DNA of 64,000 bases from positions 360,344,001 through 360,408,000 of the forward strand of contig OZ024742.1 of assembly GCA_964016885.1 (NCBI GenBank). Reading direction: 5' to 3'. This DNA is from Eledone cirrhosa. Lineage: Eukaryota. The notes beneath the pieces are model-generated. The model was given only the letters and a program-made list of their open reading frames with translations. It was not told the origin of the DNA and searched no databases. This document shows positions 37,431-52,201 of this stretch, piece by piece; positions within the stretch are counted from its first letter, which is position 1, and every line of letters starts with the position of its first letter. The position numbers and the translations under genes were made by a program.

Positions 37431-40172
37431 GAGTCAGTGTTGTTGTATGGGTCAGGGATATAGACACTGACACCAGCACTTGAGTCAATGTTGTATGGAT
37501 CAGGTACATAGACCTTGACACCAGCACTTGAGTCAGTGTTGTATGGATCAGGTACATGGACCCTGACACCAGCACTTGAGTCAGTGTTGTATGGATCAGG
37601 TACATGGACCTTGACACCAGCACTTGAGTCAGTGTTGTATGGATCAGGTACATGGACCTTGACACCAGCACTTGAGTCAGTGTTGTTGTATTGATCAGGT
37701 ACATGGACCCTGACACAAGCACTTGATTCAGTGGTGTATGGATCAGGTACATGGACCTTGACACCAGCACTTGAGTCAGTGGTGTATGGATCAGGTACAT
37801 GGACCTTGACACCAGCACTTGAGTCAGTGTTGTTGTATTGATCAGGTACATGGACCCTGGCACAAGCACTTGAGTCAGTGTTGTATGGATCAGGTACATG
37901 GACCCTGACACAAGCACTTGATTCAGTGTTGTATGGATCAGGTACATGGACCTTGACACCAGCACTTGAGTCAGTGTTGTATGGATCAGATTATTGACCC
38001 TGACACAAGCACTTGAGTCAGTGTTGTATGGATCAGGTACGTGGATCCTGACACCAGCACTTGAGTCAGTGTTGTATGGGTCAGGTACATGGACCCTGAC
38101 ACCAGCACTTGAGTCAGTGTTGCATGGATCAGGTACATGGACCTTGACACCAGCACTTGAGTCAGTGTTGTATGGATCAGGTACATGGACCTTGACACAA
38201 GCATTTGAGTCAGTGTTGTATAGATCAGGTACATGGACCCTGACACCAGCAATTGAGTCAGTGTTGTATGGGTCAGGTACATAGACCCTGACACCAGCAC
38301 TTGAGTCAGTGTTGTATAGATAAGGTACATGGACCCTGACACCAGCTTTGAGTCAGTGTTGTATGGATCAGGTACATAGACCCTGACACCAGCAATTGAG
38401 TCAGTGTTGTATGGATCAGATTATTGACCCTGACACCAGCACTTGAGTCAGTGTTGTATAAATCAGGTACATAGACCATGACACCAGCACTTGAGTCAGT
38501 GTTGTATAGATCAGGTACATGGACCCTGACACCAGCAATTGAGTCAGTGTTGTATGGATCAGATTATTGACCCTGACACCAGCACTTGAGTCAGTGTTGT
38601 ATAGATCAGGTACATAGACCCTGACACCAGCAATTGAGTCAGTGTTGTATGGATCAGATTATTGACCCTGACACCAGCACTTGAGTCAGTGTTGTATAGA
38701 TCAGGTACATAGACCCTGACACCAGCAATTGAGTCAGTGTTGTATGGATCAGATTATTGACCCTGACACCAGCACTTGAGTCAGTGTTGTATAGATCAGG
38801 TACATAGACCCTGACACCAGCAATTGAGTCAGTGTTGTATGGATCACATTATGGACCCTGACACCAGCACTTGAGTCAGTGTTGTATGGATCAGGTACAT
38901 GGACCCTGACACCAGCACTTGAGTCAGTGTTGTATGGATCAGGTACATGGACCTTGACACCAGCACTTGAGTCAGTGTTGTTGTATTGATCAGGTACATG
39001 AACCCTGACACAAGCACTTGATTCAGTGGTGTATGGATCAGGTACATGGACCTTGACACCAGCACTTGAGTCAGTGTTGTTGTATTGATCAGGTACATGG
39101 ACCCTGACACAAGCACTTGAGTCAGTGTTGTATGGATCAGGTACATGGACCCTGACACAAGCACTTGAGTCAGTGTTATATGCATCAGGTACATGGACCC
39201 TGACACCAGCACTTGAGTCAGTGTTGTATGGATCAGGTACATGGACCTTGACACCAGCACTTGAGTCAGTGTTGTATGGATCAGGTACATGGACCTTGAC
39301 ACAAGTATTTGAGTCAGTGTTGTATAGATCAGGTACATGGACCCTGACACCAGCAATTGAGTCAGTGTTGTATGGGTCAGGTACATAGACCCTGACACCA
39401 GCACTTGAGTCAGTGTTGTATAGATCAGGTACATGGACCCTGACACCAGCAATTGAGTCAGTGTTGTATGGATCAGGTACATAGACCCTGACACAAGCAC
39501 TTGAGTCAGTGTTGTATAGATCAGGTACATGGACCCTGACACCAGCAATTGAGTCAGTGTTGTATAGATCATGTACATAGACCCTGACACCAGCAATTGG
39601 GTCAGTGTTGTATGGATCAGATTATTGATCCTGACACCAGCACTTGAGTCAGTGTTGTATAAATCAGGTACATAGACCCTGACACCAGCACTTGAGTCAG
39701 TGTTGTATAGATCAGGTACATGGACCCTGACACCAGCAATTGAGTCAGTGTTGTATGGATCAGATTATTGACCCTGACACCAGCACTTGAGTCAGTGTTG
39801 TATAGATCAGGTACATAGACCCTGACACCAGCAATTGAGTCAGTGTTGTATGGATCAGATTATTGACCCTGACACCAGCACTTGAGTCAGTGTTGTATAG
39901 ATCAGGTACATAGACCCTGACACCAGCAATTGAGTCAGTGTTGTATGGATCAGATTATTGACCCTGACACCAGCACTTGAGTCAGTGTTGTATAGATCAG
40001 GTACATAGACCCTGACACCAGCAATTGAGTCAGTGTTGTATGGATCAGATTATGGACCCTGACACCAGCACTTGAGTCAGTGTTGTATAGATCAGTTACA
40101 TGGACCCTGACACAAGCACTTGAGTCAGTGTTGTTGTATGAGTCAAGTATATGGACCCTGACACAAGCACTT
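37431..40172 (+). repeat. 48-bp minisatellite (about 57 units) derived from an RTE-type LINE ORF2 segment
   Basis: Unit GAGTCAGTGTTGTATGGATCAGGTACATGGACCCTGACACCAGCACTT = ESVLYGSGTWTLTPAL; both flanks continue the LINE frame. Confidence 0.92.
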
Positions 40173-40275
40173 GAGAAGAAACTAGATGGTGCATAAACTA
40201 ACATACTTAAGGTTGTACAAAACATAAACTGGCATCAACATAATACGAATGAAAGTTTATAGAGAAACTTGCCCA
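40173..40275 (+). pseudogene. RTE-type LINE ORF2 remnant continuing from the last satellite unit
   Basis: ..WTLTQALEKKLDGA*TNILKVVQNINWHQHNTNESLY. Confidence 0.7.
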
Positions 40276-40679
40276 AGATAACAACTACAGTGGCTTATAA
40301 GTTGGTTGTGATTAGCAAGACATTGCTGGAGAAGTTTGCTGAGAGTTATACGCAAGTTACTATTGTAAAAAGAAAGAAAATCTTTTAAGATTTTATTTGT
40401 GAAACATTTGGCTGCTATTTCTAACAGAATATTTAACCACATAGATGTTGCCATGTGGGATTCGGCTAAACAGGATTGGTTGCTAACTGGTTATGGACAG
40501 TAAGTATTGGTAGATAGGGCAGATTATAGGGAGCATAGAATATTGGAATATTAGAATATTGGAATATTGGAATATTGGAATATTGGAATATTGGGTATTG
40601 ATGAGGTGTAGTGGAACGCTATGAAAGGCGATTCAATTTCATATTTAACTTAATTATGAAATAAAGTACGAACGCAGCC

Positions 40680-40738
40680 GAATACTACTACTAATAATAA
40701 TAATACCATCACCACTACTACTACTACTACTATACTAC

Positions 40739-40775
<37 letters not shown>

Positions 40776-40895
40776 AGTAGTAGTAACAGCACTACTACTA
40801 CTACAAGTAGTAATAGTAGCAGCAGCAGTAGCATCAACAGCAGCAGCAGTAGTAGTGGTGGTGGTGGTAGTAATAGTAATAGTAGTAGCAGCAGC

Positions 40896-40962
<67 letters not shown>

Positions 40963-41854
40963 ATGTTCAAAATTAGAAAGATGATGAGGAAGAAAAAGAA
41001 AAAACCAACAACGAAGTTAACAACAACACCAACACCGACACCACCACCACCAACAACAACAACACCACCGACACCAACACCACCAACAACAACAACAACA
41101 ACACCCCCACCACCAACAACACCAACACCAACAACACCAACAACAACAACAACACCACCACCACCAACAACACCAACACCAACAACACCAACAACAACAA
41201 CCCACCGACACCAACACCAACAACACCAACAACAACAACACCATCACCACCAACACCAACAACACCAACAACAACAACACCACCAACAACAACAACACCA
41301 ACAACACCACCAACAACAACAACAACAACACCAACAACACCAACACCAACAACAGCAACAACACCAACAACAACACCACCACCACCAACAACACCAACAC
41401 CAACAACACCAACACCAACAACACCAACACCAACAACACCAACACCAACAACACCAACACCAACAACAACAACACCACCACCACCAACAACACCAACACC
41501 AACAACACCAACACCAACAACAACAACACCACCACCAACAACAACACCAACAACAACAACACCACCACCACCAACAACACCAACACCAACAACAACAACA
41601 CCACCACCAACAACACCAACACCAACACCAACACCACCACCACCAACAACAACAACAACACCAACACCAACAAAACCAACAACAACAACAACACCACCAC
41701 CAACAACACCAACACCAACAACAACACCACCACCACCAACAACACCAACAACAACAACACCACCACCACCAACAACACCAACACCAACAACACCAACAAC
41801 AACAACAACAACAACAACACCACCACCACCAACAACACCAACACCAACACCAAC

Positions 41855-41886
<32 letters not shown>

Positions 41887-42316
41887 CAACACCACCAACA
41901 ACAACAACAACACCAACACCAACAACACCAACAACAACAAAAACAACAACACCAACAACACCAACAACACCAACAACAACAACAACAACAACACGAACAA
42001 CACCAACAACTACAACACCACCACCACCAACACCAACACCAACACCAACACCAACACCAACAACACCAACAAAACCAACAACAACAACAACAACAACACG
42101 AACAACACCAACAACAACAACAACACCAACAACAACAGCAACAACACCAACAACAACAACACCACCACCACCAACAACACCAACAACACCAACAACACCA
42201 ACAACACCAACAACACCAACACCAACAACACCAAAAACACCAACAATACCAACATCAACAACACCAACACCAACAACAACACCAACAACACCAACAACAA
42301 CAACAACACCAACAAC

Positions 42317-42347
<31 letters not shown>

Positions 42348-43063
42348 CCAACAACAACACCAACAACAACAACACCGCCAACAACAACAACACCAACACC
42401 AACAACACCAACAACAACAACACCATCACCACCAACACCAACAACACCAACACCAACAACACCAACACCAACAACAACAACACCACCACCACCAACAACA
42501 CCAACACCAACAACACCAACACCAACAACAACAACACCACCACCAACAACAACACCAACAACAACAACACCACCACCACCAACAACACCAACACCAACAA
42601 CACCAACAACACCAACAACAACAACACCGCCAAGAACAACAACACCAACACCAACAACACCAACAACAACAACACCATCACCACCAACACCAACAACACC
42701 AACAAAAACAACACCACCAACAACAACAACACCAACAACACCACCAACAACAACAACACCAACAACACCAACACCAACAACAGCAACAACACCAACAACA
42801 ACACCACCACCACCAACAACACCAACACCAACAACACCAACACCAACAACACCAACACCAACAATACCAACAACACCAACAACAACACCACCACCACCAA
42901 CAACACCAACACCAACAACACCAACACCAACAACAACAACACCACCACCACCAACAACACCAACATCAACAACACCACCACCAACAACAACACCAACACC
43001 AACAACACCAACAACACCAACAACAACAACACCACCACCAACAACACCAACACCAACACCAAC

Positions 43064-43095
<32 letters not shown>

Positions 43096-43291
43096 CACCA
43101 CCAACAACAACAACAACACCAACACCAACAAAACCAACAACAACAACAACAACACCACCACCAACAACACCAACACCAACAACAACACCACCACCACCAA
43201 CAACACCAACAACAACAACACCACCACCACCAACAACAGCAACACCAACAACACCACCACCAACAACAACACCAACACCAACACCAACACC

Positions 43292-43323
<32 letters not shown>

Positions 43324-43804
43324 CAACACCAACAACAACAACAACAACAACACCAACAACAACAACAACACCAACACCAACAACAACACCAACAACAACA
43401 ACAACAACACCAACAACACCAACAACACCAACAACCACAACAACAACAACACGAACAACACCAACAACAACAACACCACCACCACCAACACCAACACCAA
43501 CACCAACACCAACAACACCAACAACACCAACAACAACAACAACAACAACACGAACAACACCAACAACAACAACAACACCAACAACAACAGCAACAACACC
43601 AACAACAACAACACCACCACCACCAACAACACCAACACCAACAACACCACCAACAACAACAACACCAACAACACCAAAAACACCAACAATACCAACACCA
43701 ACAACACCAACACCACCACCACCAAAAACACCAACAATACCAACATCAACAACACCAACACCAACAACAACACCAACAACACCAACAACAACAACACCAA
43801 CAAC

Positions 43805-43835
<31 letters not shown>

Positions 43836-43882
43836 CCAACAACAACAACACCAACAACAACAACAACAACACCAGCAACACC

Positions 43883-43913
<31 letters not shown>

Positions 43914-44146
43914 CCAACAACACCAACAACACCAACAACACCAACAACAACAACACCACCGCCAACAACAACAACACCAACACCAACAACACCAACAACA
44001 CCAACACCAACAACACCAACAACAACAACACCACCACCACTAACAACACCAACAACAACACCACCACCACTAACAACACCAACAACAACAACACCACTAC
44101 CAACAACAACAACACCAACAACAACAACAACACCAACAACACCACC

Positions 44147-44177
<31 letters not shown>

Positions 44178-44542
44178 CCAACAGCACCAACAACACCAAC
44201 AACACCAACAACAACAACAACAACACCAACAACACCAACAACACCAACACCAACAACACCAACACCAACAACACCAACAACAACAACACCACCACTACTA
44301 ACAACACCAACAACAACACCACCACCACCAACAACACCAACACCAACAACACCAACAACACCAACAACAACAGCAACAACACCAACAACAACAACACCAC
44401 CACCACCAACAACACCAACACCAACAACAACAACACAATCACCACCAACAACACCAACACCAACAACACCAACAACACCACCACCACCAACAACAACAAC
44501 ACCACCGACACCACCACCAACACCAACAACACCAACACCGAC

Positions 44543-44573
<31 letters not shown>

Positions 44574-44656
44574 CCACCACTAACAACACCAACACCGACA
44601 CCACCACCAACAACAACAACAACAACAACACCGACACCAACACCAACAACAACAAC

Positions 44657-44688
<32 letters not shown>

Positions 44689-45004
44689 CAACAACAACAC
44701 CGACACCATCACCACCATCAACAACAACAACAACAACACCAACACCAACAACAACACCACCACCACCACCACCACCGCCACCAACAACAACAACAACAAC
44801 ATCGACACCAACACCAACAACAACAACACCACCAACACCACCACCACCACCAACAACAACAACACCACCACCACCAACACCACCAACTACAACAACACCA
44901 CCACCACCACCAACAACAACACCACCACCAACAACAACAACACCACCACCAACACCAACAACAAAAACACCACCAACAACAGCATCGACACCAACACCAA
45001 CAAC

Positions 45005-45035
<31 letters not shown>

Positions 45036-47337
45036 CCACCACCACCACCACCACCAACACCACCACCACCACCAACACCACCACCACCACCACCAATAGC
45101 ACCAACACCAACACCACCACCACCACCACCACCAACAACACCACCACCACCACCACCAACACCACCACCACCACCAACACCACCACCACCACCACCAACA
45201 CCACCACCAATAGCACCAACACCAACACCACCACACAACACCACCACCACCACCACCACAAACACCACCACCACCAACACAACCACCACCAACACCAACA
45301 CCACCACCACCACCACCACCAATAGCACCAACACCAACACCACCACACAACACCACCACCACCACCACCACCAACACCACCACCACCCCCACCACCAACA
45401 CCACCACCACCACCACCAACACCAACACCAATAGCACCAACACCAACACCACCACACAACACCACCACCACCACCACCACCAACACCACCACCACCAACA
45501 CAACCACCACCAACACAACCACCACCAACACCAACAACAACATAGAGACAATAAAAGCCATATAAAATATCTTTGTAGAATGAAAGTGTCCGGAAATTGT
45601 GAAGGTAAAGATGTTAAGAACTGATGAGTCAGCTTACAATTGGCAGATGGTGTTGTCTTTCTTAGGGATGGAGCTGGCATTTGTACCTCTTCTACCACCA
45701 CCACCACCACCACCACCACCACTACACACCACCACCACAACCACCACCACCACCACCACTACACACCACCACCACCACCACTACACAACACCACCACCAC
45801 CGCCACCACCACCACTACACACCACTACCACCACCACCACCACCACCACCACCACTACACACCACCAGTACATACCACCACCACCACCACCACCACCACA
45901 ACCACCACCACCACCACTACACACCACCACCACCACCACTACACAACACCACCACCACCGCCACCACCACCACCACTACACACCACCACCACCACTATCA
46001 CCACCACCACTACACACCACCACCACCACCACCACCACCACCACTACACACCACCACCACTATCACCACCACCACCACCACTACATACCACCACCACCAC
46101 CACCACCACTACACACCACCACCACCACTACACACCACCACCACCACTACACACCACCACCACCACCACCACCACTACACACCACCACCACCACTACACA
46201 CCACCACCACCACTACACACCACCACCACCACCACCACCACTACACACCACCACCACCACCACCACCACTACACACCACCACCACCACTACACACCACCA
46301 CCACCACCACCACCACTACACACCACCACCACCACCCCCACCACTACACACCACCACCACCACTACACACCACCACCACCACCACCACCACTACACACCA
46401 CCACCACCACCACCACCACTACACACCACCACCACCACTACACACCACCACCACCACCACCACCACTACACACCACCACCACCCCCCCCACCACTACACA
46501 CCACCACCACCACTACACACCACCACCACCACCACCACCACCACTACATACCACCACCACCACCCCCACCACTACACACCACCACCACCACTACACACCA
46601 CCACCACCACCCCCACCACTACACACCACCACCACCACTACACACCACCACCACCACCACCACCACTACACACCACCACCACCACCACCACCACTACACA
46701 CCACCACCACCACTACACACCACCACCATCACCACCACCACCACCACCACAACCACCACCACCACCACCACTATACACCACCACCATCACCACCACTACA
46801 CACCACCACCATCACCACCACCACCACCACCATCACCACCACAACACACCACCACCACCACCACCACCACCACCACTACACACCACCACCACCACTACAC
46901 ACCACCACCACCACTACGCACCACCACCACCACCACCACCACTACACACCACCACCACCACCACCACCACTACACACCACCACCACCACCACCACCACCA
47001 CCATCACCACCACCACTACACACCACCACCATCACCACCACCACCACCACCACCACCACCACAACCACCACCACCACCACCACTATACACCACCACCATC
47101 ACCACCACTACACACCACCACCATCACCACCACCACCACCACCACCATCACCACCACTACACACCACCACCACCACCACCACCACCACCACCATCACCAC
47201 CACCACCACCACTACACACCACCACCACCACCACCACTACACACCACCACCACCACTACACACCACCACCATCACCACCACCACCATCACCACCACCACC
47301 ACCACCACTACACACCACCACCACCACCACCACCACT
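40680..47337. repeat. 6.6-kb trinucleotide mosaic: (TAG)n, then (CAA/CAC)n, then (CAC)n with CTACA interruptions
   Basis: Direct reading; source of the polyQ/H/T/P/V ORFs. Confidence 0.97.
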
Positions 47338-47651
47338 AAACAATAGGAGAAGAGACAGCGACTCTTGTAATAATAGACTGGAAGTTTCTTAACTATTGTT
47401 CGACGTATTCTAAGACGCTGTATATAAATGTGTGGAGGTGTGTGTAAGTGTGTGTGTGTAAGTGTGTGTGTGTAAGTGTGTGTGTGTAAGTGTGTGTGTG
47501 TAAGTGTGTGTGTGTAAGTGTGTGTGTGTAAGTGTGTGTGTGTAAGTGTGTGTGTAAGTGTGTCTGTGTATGTGTGTGTGTATAAAATGTGTATCGGTTA
47601 GATAGTGCAGCTGAATGTTGTGGTCATAGCCAATATGTATATATGTATAGG

Positions 47652-47706
<55 letters not shown>

Positions 47707-47727
47707 CTTTCCCTCTTTCTCTCGTCT

Positions 47728-47777
<50 letters not shown>

Positions 47778-47858
47778 GTCGCATATATGTTATAGAATGC
47801 CGTTAGCTTCTTGCTAAAACAATCTCTATACCTCCCATTTATATATATATATATATAT

Positions 47859-48016
47859 AGGGAACGAATCATGACCCCGACGGCTGAGCTCCGGCCGTTT
47901 TGACAGCTAGATCCGTGGTCCTGACTGTTTTCCTATTACCCATTCTACTACCTTAAGTATTGAGTACTCTAGTGCGTTATGGTTCACCTGGTATCTTACC
48001 ACACCCTCTTTGTTAT
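47859..48016. mobile_element. Family D element, internally deleted
   Basis: GACCCCGACGGCTGAGCTC and the tail TAAGTATTGAGTACTCT..GCGTTATGG. Confidence 0.75.
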
Positions 48017-48073
<57 letters not shown>

Positions 48074-48165
48074 GAAAAATTGAACAGGGACAGAACAGAG
48101 AGGCAGTACGATAAATGTTTATTAAATTCACGCTCAGGAGAGTGGGGGGGGGGGGTAGGTGGAGG

Positions 48166-48198
48166 ACGACGTTTCGGGCATAAGCCCTTCTTCAGGTG
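48166..48198 (-). ncRNA. Minimal hammerhead motif in the Neptune-type pLTR
   Basis: AC-CUGAAGA-aGGGC uuau GCCC-GAAACGUC-GU; stem I weak. Confidence 0.65.
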
Positions 48199-49523
48199 AG
48201 AGTTCAAAAGGTGTGTAGGGGAGTGGTGGAGAGACATATAGCGAAAGGAAACGGTGCGAATGAAAAATTAACAAATAAAGACAAAAATATAATAAATAAT
48301 AAATAAAAATAAAGCATGATCAAAATACAAGGAATGAGAAAATTTAAAATTAAAGGCATGATCAAAATAAACTGAAATTAAAAGGGGGGTAAACAGGTGG
48401 TGGAAGGGTGTGGGGTGAGTAGAGGTGGTGGCGGGTGGAGTGGGGAGAGGGAGACGGGGTGTCCGAGCGGGGAGGGCTGAAGGTGGTGTGTGTGGTTAGG
48501 TGTGTGTGTGTATGTGAAAGTGAGGGTTGGGGGAAGAACGGGGTTGCATGTTCAGGAAGGTGTGTGTGGGGGGTGTTTTTGTGGGTCGGAGGGTCTGTGC
48601 GTGTGTGGATAGGGGGGTGGGGGAGAGGAATCAGGGGGCTGAGGGTGTAAATATGTGGTGGGAAGCACGTGTGTGTGGTTTAAGCGTGTTGTGGGTGTGG
48701 GTGGCGTGTGGATAAAAAAAATTGTTTTGGGATGTGTGTGTGGGTGAGTTATATAGGTGATGGTGTAAGAGGGTGGTTGAAAGTGGTAAGTTATACGGAT
48801 GTATGGAGATTTTGGTTGGAAGTCAAAACGCGTGTGGGTAATCCAAGAAGCGGTGGTCGGAAGAGAAGAGATGTGGGGTGCGCGCGCAACAGGAAGTGGT
48901 CAGCAGTGGAAGTGCTGTGGTCAGTTGGTGCTGAGACAGTGGTCGGAAGGGCATAGCAGCAGTCGGCGGAATGGTAGGGAGGCGAGGATGGGTAGGTGTG
49001 AGAGTTGGAGTGAGGAGGGTGTGTGTGTGTGTGTGTGTGTGTGTATTAGTAGGGGTGTTAGTGGGATGAGTGAGTGTGGAGTGGGGAGAGAAGGGTGTGT
49101 GTGGTTCTATGGAGGGAGTGTGGTGTACTGGTGTGTGTGTAGTTTGGTGAGGAGGTGTTAGTGGGTGTTAGTAGACGGGAGGTGGGGAGGGGTGGAATGC
49201 AGGTGTGAGTGGGGGTTAGTGGGGGTAGGGTGTGTAGAGTTGGTGGTGTACGAGGGTGTGTGGGTACGTGTGTGTGGGGTTGGAGGGTGTTAGTGATGTT
49301 AGTTGCGTGTGGGGTGGGTGGTGTAAGTGTGTGCGTGTGATAAGGAGGGGGGAGGAGGAGAAGAGGGGAGGGAAGGGATGTTAGTATGTTAGTTGGGGAA
49401 GGGTGGTCAGATGAGGGGTGGAGTGGAGGTGTTAGTATTGTTAGTGTGGGGTGGGCGGTGAAAAGGAGGGGTGTGTTAGTGGTGTTAGTGGGGGATAAGT
49501 GGGGGGAGGGGGGCGGTCGAACG

Positions 49524-51462
49524 CTAAAGGAATAAGGGTGGGGAGTTCAGGCCGGGGGGAGTGTGGGTCTGTAAGATGAAGATAGTACGTTGTTCGACCG
49601 TAAGGCGATGGGCGGGTGTTCCGTGGCACTGGAGTAGGCCACAGACTGTGAGATGGCGTGCGGAGTGTCCAGGGCCACCAAAGTGGCGGGCGATGGGGGA
49701 ACTGCCCCCGAGACGAATATCCCGGAGGTGCTCCGTGACTCGGTCCGCCAGGCGACGTCCCGTCTGTCCGACATAAGTCGCGCTGCACATCGTGCAACGA
49801 AGTCCGTAGACTAGGTTGGAGGAGGTGCAGCGGAAGGCATGCCGGACCGAGAGAGAGTGGCCGTTGGGACCCTGGAAGGTGGTGGTGTTGGTGATGTGGG
49901 GACAGGTGTTGCAGCGGGGCCTAGAACAGGGGAAGGAACCGGGGGGGGGAACGGAGCGTGGGTTGGGGGGTAGGGAGCTGTGGACGAGGAGGGTGCGGAG
50001 ATTGCGTGCGCGTTTGAAGGAGGGGAGTGGTGGGGTTGGGAAGATGTGGGAGGTGGAGGGGTCGGACTGGAGGTGTCGGAAGAGGCGGCGGATGGTGCGG
50101 TGGAGGGGTAAGGTGGAGGGGTGGTACGTGATGGGGAAGGGAAGACGGTGGGTGGGTGTGCGGTGGCGTGGGGTGAGGGTGGTGGAGCGGGGGATAGCAC
50201 GGGCGCGGGTGAGAGCGGTGTGGACGAGAGAGGGGGGTAACCTCTGCGGATGAAATGGCTGACTAGGGAAAGGGCCTGGGACTCGAAGTCAGCATCTCGG
50301 CTACAGAGGCGGCGGATGCTGAGAAGTTGGGAGTAGGGAATGGAGAGTTTAGTGTGGGTGGGGTGGGAAGAGGTGAAGTCGAGGTAAGAGTGGGAGTCGG
50401 TGTGGTTTGAAGAAGGCGGAGGTGACGAGGGAGTGGTGGGAGGGGTCGAAGGCGACGGAGATGTCCAAGAAGTGGACGTGGGTGGTGGAGATAGAGGTGG
50501 TGAAGTGGGGGGAGGGGTGGAAGGAGCAGAAGAAGGAGAGAAAGGAGTCGAGCTGTACTCGGGTGAGGGTCGAGGCTCCGATACAGTCGTCAATGTAACG
50601 ACCGTACAGTTCGGGCGTGGGGCCGGTGTACTGGGCAAAGATTTGGGCCTCAACATGGCCAACAAAAAGGTTGGCATAGTTCGGGCCCATTCTTGTGACC
50701 ATGGCTACCCCCGTGACCTGTTGGTAAAACTCACCCGAGAAGGAGAAACAATTTAGGGTGAGGACCAGCTCGGCGAGGCGAAGGAGGGTGGGGGTGGAGG
50801 GAATGGGGGAGGGGCGAAGGTCGAGGTAGTGTTTGAGGGCGCGAAGGCCGTCGGCGTGGGGGATGACGGTATAGAGGGACTTGATGTCTAGGGTGAAGAG
50901 GAATGGCTGAGGGCCGGGTAGGTAGGTGAAGGAGTCGAAAAGGCGCAGGGCGTGGTTGGTGTCAGAGATGTGGGAGGGGAGGGTGGTGACAAGGGGGGCG
51001 AGGAGGGAGTCGAGAAAGGCGGAGATGAGTTCGGTGGGGCAGTTGCAAGCGGAGACGATGGGGCGGCAGGGGTTGTCGGGTTTGTGGAGTTTGGGGAGGA
51101 AGTAGATGGTGGGGGTGCGGGGTGTGCGGACGATGAGGTGGGAAGCGGTGGGGGGAGGAGGGAGGAGGCGATAAGGTCTTTGATGGTGGAGGAGACTTGT
51201 TGTTGGTAGAGGGGGGTGGGATCGGAGGGTAGAGGGCGGTAAAAGAGGGGGTTACAGAGCTGCCTGAGGGCTTCGGCCGTGTAGAGGTCCGCGCGCCATA
51301 CCACCACGGCGCCTCCCTTGTCCGCCGGTTTGATGACGATGTCATCTCGGCTACGGAGGGAGCGGAGAGCGAGGAGTTCGCCCCGTGAGATGTTGTGCCG
51401 TTTGGAACGGTGGCGGAAGTCGAAACGATTTACTGCGCTACGGCTGGCATCGAGGAAGGCGT

Positions 51463-51465
<3 letters not shown>
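49524..51465 (-). pseudogene. Frameshifted PLE RT + GIY-YIG ORF
   Basis: DIVIKPADKGGAVVV; LPKLHK..RPIVS; LDIKSLYTVIPH; RMGPNYANLFVG; RYIDD; C.R.RC.TC; LVY..YVGQTGR..R..EH; TPPGLN. Confidence 0.92.
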
Positions 51466-51536
<71 letters not shown>

Positions 51537-51537
51537 C

Positions 51538-51850
51538 ACATAAGAAACGGAGAATCAGTGGTGCGATGAATAAGAATTTATTAGACATATTACAATCGTT
51601 TCTCTAGTGACCAGCTCGAGACACGATCAATGAGATGATCGAACCTGACTCTGAAATCGCAAGTTCCTCAGATATGTCTCAATTTTTTGAGCTGGTCGCC
51701 AGAGAAACGATTGTAATATGTCTAATAAATTCTAATTCGTCGCACCGCTGATTCTCCGTTCCTTATGTAATATTATACTCTGCTCTGTAAGAGCTTCGTG
51801 TGTTCAAACGGCCTACCGCAGATGGACGCTTTAAGCATCTCACACCAAAT
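51538..51850. mobile_element. Fold-back element family C
   Basis: Arms 51538-51617 and 51689-51768, plus the shared tail. Confidence 0.8.
51583..51679 (-). ncRNA. Hammerhead motif with about 60-nt branched stem II
   Basis: AGACAUAU-CUGAGGA-...-GAAAC gauu GUA-AUAUGUCU (8-bp stem I). Confidence 0.7.
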
Positions 51851-51927
51851 ATATATATATATATATGAAGACATTTTTTTCCAATTCCATCCCGTCCGTC
51901 CCCTCAATCTATTTTATTTCTCATTCT

Positions 51928-51965
51928 TTCTTTTGATGAAGGACTAGCGTCCGAAACGTTATGAC
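51928..51965 (+). ncRNA. Minimal hammerhead motif (UUGAUGA variant)
   Basis: UUGAUGA-aGGAC uagc GUCC-GAAACGUU; stem I poor. Confidence 0.55.
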
Positions 51966-52045
51966 CCTCTTCCTGCTATATCAAGCGTTAACCTAATATA
52001 TACCTTCCATATACTGTACCAATTGTGTTGTTATTTCTGTTTACC

Positions 52046-52201
<156 letters not shown>

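Larger units (their letters stand above)
48070..51465 (-). mobile_element. 5'-truncated Neptune-type Penelope-like element in (TA)n
   Basis: RT and GIY-YIG coding frames, long C-rich 3' region, terminal hammerhead motif, TA flanks. Confidence 0.9.

Noticed and set aside
37431-40172. CRISPR-like array
   Set aside because: Contiguous tandem units with no unique spacers and no cas genes; eukaryotic LINE-derived satellite.
45618-45650. CTGATGAG motif
   Set aside because: No downstream stem II-GAAA-UH; likely a chance match.
40768-47392. 1091-aa polyQ/H, 1494-aa polyV/G and extensin-like PPPPLH ORFs
   Set aside because: Open in several frames on both strands because CAA/CAC repeats lack stops; no unique domain.
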